Source of the DNA: a virus
Taxonomy: Duplodnaviria > Caudoviricetes
IMG/VR virus record: IMGVR_UViG_2900261899_000001
Coordinates: 32,001-96,000 of that record
Length of the DNA: 64,000 nt
Direction: 5' to 3' (one strand)
Shown here: piece by piece, positions 63,611 through 64,000 of the stretch
Layout: each line of letters begins with the position of its first letter
How positions within the stretch are numbered: the first letter of the stretch is position 1
The notes under the pieces: model-generated
What the model was told of the DNA's origin: nothing
What the model saw: the letters and a program-made list of their open reading frames with translations, nothing else
Database searches by the model: none
Position numbers and translations under genes: made by a program

Positions 63611-63958
63611 GTGACCATCGAGTACGAAACCGACACCGTTCTGCCGCCGATGCACCCCGGCGAGGTGCTCCGCGAGGAGTTTCTGCTCCCGCTGCGCCTC
63701 AGTCCCTACAAGGTGGCCAAGGCCTGCGGGGTCCCGCGGACCCGGATCGAGCGAATCGCGCGCGAGGAGATGGGCATCACGGCCGACAGCGCGCTGCGGC
63801 TCGGCCGCTACTTCAACACCAGTGCCGATCTGTGGCTCAACCTGCAGCGCAAGTTCGAGGTCGAGATGGCAAAGCGTGCCATTGGGGACGAGTTGGCCGC
63901 GATCGAGCCTCTGAAGCGCGAAGCCGACGGGTCCGATCAGCCGATCACTGCACCTTGA
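63611..63958 (+). CDS. higA: HigA-family antitoxin
   Basis: HPGEVLREEFL, ITADSALRLGRYF...WLNLQ. Confidence 0.9.
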   Translation: MTIEYETDTVLPPMHPGEVLREEFLLPLRLSPYKVAKACGVPRTRIERIAREEMGITADSALRLGRYFNTSADLWLNLQRKFEVEMAKRAIGDELAAIEPLKREADGSDQPITAP

Positions 63959-64000
63959 TGCGGGTCGAGGCCGACCAGTCGAGCTTGAGCACGACGGTCT
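63945..64000 (-). CDS. 3' end of the upstream tail gene (probably tube)
   Basis: ...TVVLKLDWSASTRIKVQ*; position only. Confidence 0.4.
   Translation of the reverse strand, partial: TVVLKLDWSASTRIKVQ

Larger units (their letters stand above)
1..64000. mobile_element. Temperate myovirus-like prophage / phage-plasmid (partial; head, terminase and sheath genes lie outside the window)
   Basis: CI/Cro switch, RecT/YqaJ, GH19 endolysin, baseplate J/V/D, tape measure and repABC; no host housekeeping genes seen. Confidence 0.93.

Noticed and set aside
1-64000. Canonical CRISPR array or cas operon
   Set aside because: No 25-45-bp direct repeats with unique spacers and no cas1/2/3/5/6 recognised; the pentamer arrays have a different architecture

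Overview
The whole window is part of a high-GC temperate phage of Alphaproteobacteria (a Methylobacterium/rhizobia-like host is inferred from GapR, repABC and GAAC-N7-GAAC SOS boxes). It carries a complete repABC replicon, so it is probably a phage-plasmid. Left to right: a leftward replication/DNA-modification operon (1-7.4 kb); a Cro/CI switch with 17-bp operators; a rightward early operon (AAA ATPase, YqaJ/RecT, C5-methylase, radical SAM, DUF5131; 8.5-24.5 kb); repABC with parS, ctRNA and oriV (24.6-28.3 kb); SOS-boxed accessory genes; a lysis cassette; then contractile-tail genes on the minus strand (fibres/spikes, baseplate, tape measure, frameshifted chaperone) interrupted by low-GC cargo cassettes. 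Main finding: a stand-alone RAMP/Cas7-like gene with an overlapping HNH gene (60557-61430), plus three dispersed non-coding units (42365-42483 +, 55277-55371 -, 61431-61521 +) built as TAGC + tandem GGY-NN pentamers + a shared hairpin. Reading only the variable NN dinucleotides as NN-x-NN-x gives near-matches to codon positions 1-2 of the neighbouring tail genes: 9/11 dinucleotides to the tape-measure 3' end and 8/15 to the start of the 198-aa gene. This points to an RNA-guided system with a gapped, wobble-skipping code, probably aimed at alleles of related phages. All protein calls come from motif recognition by eye, with no database searches.
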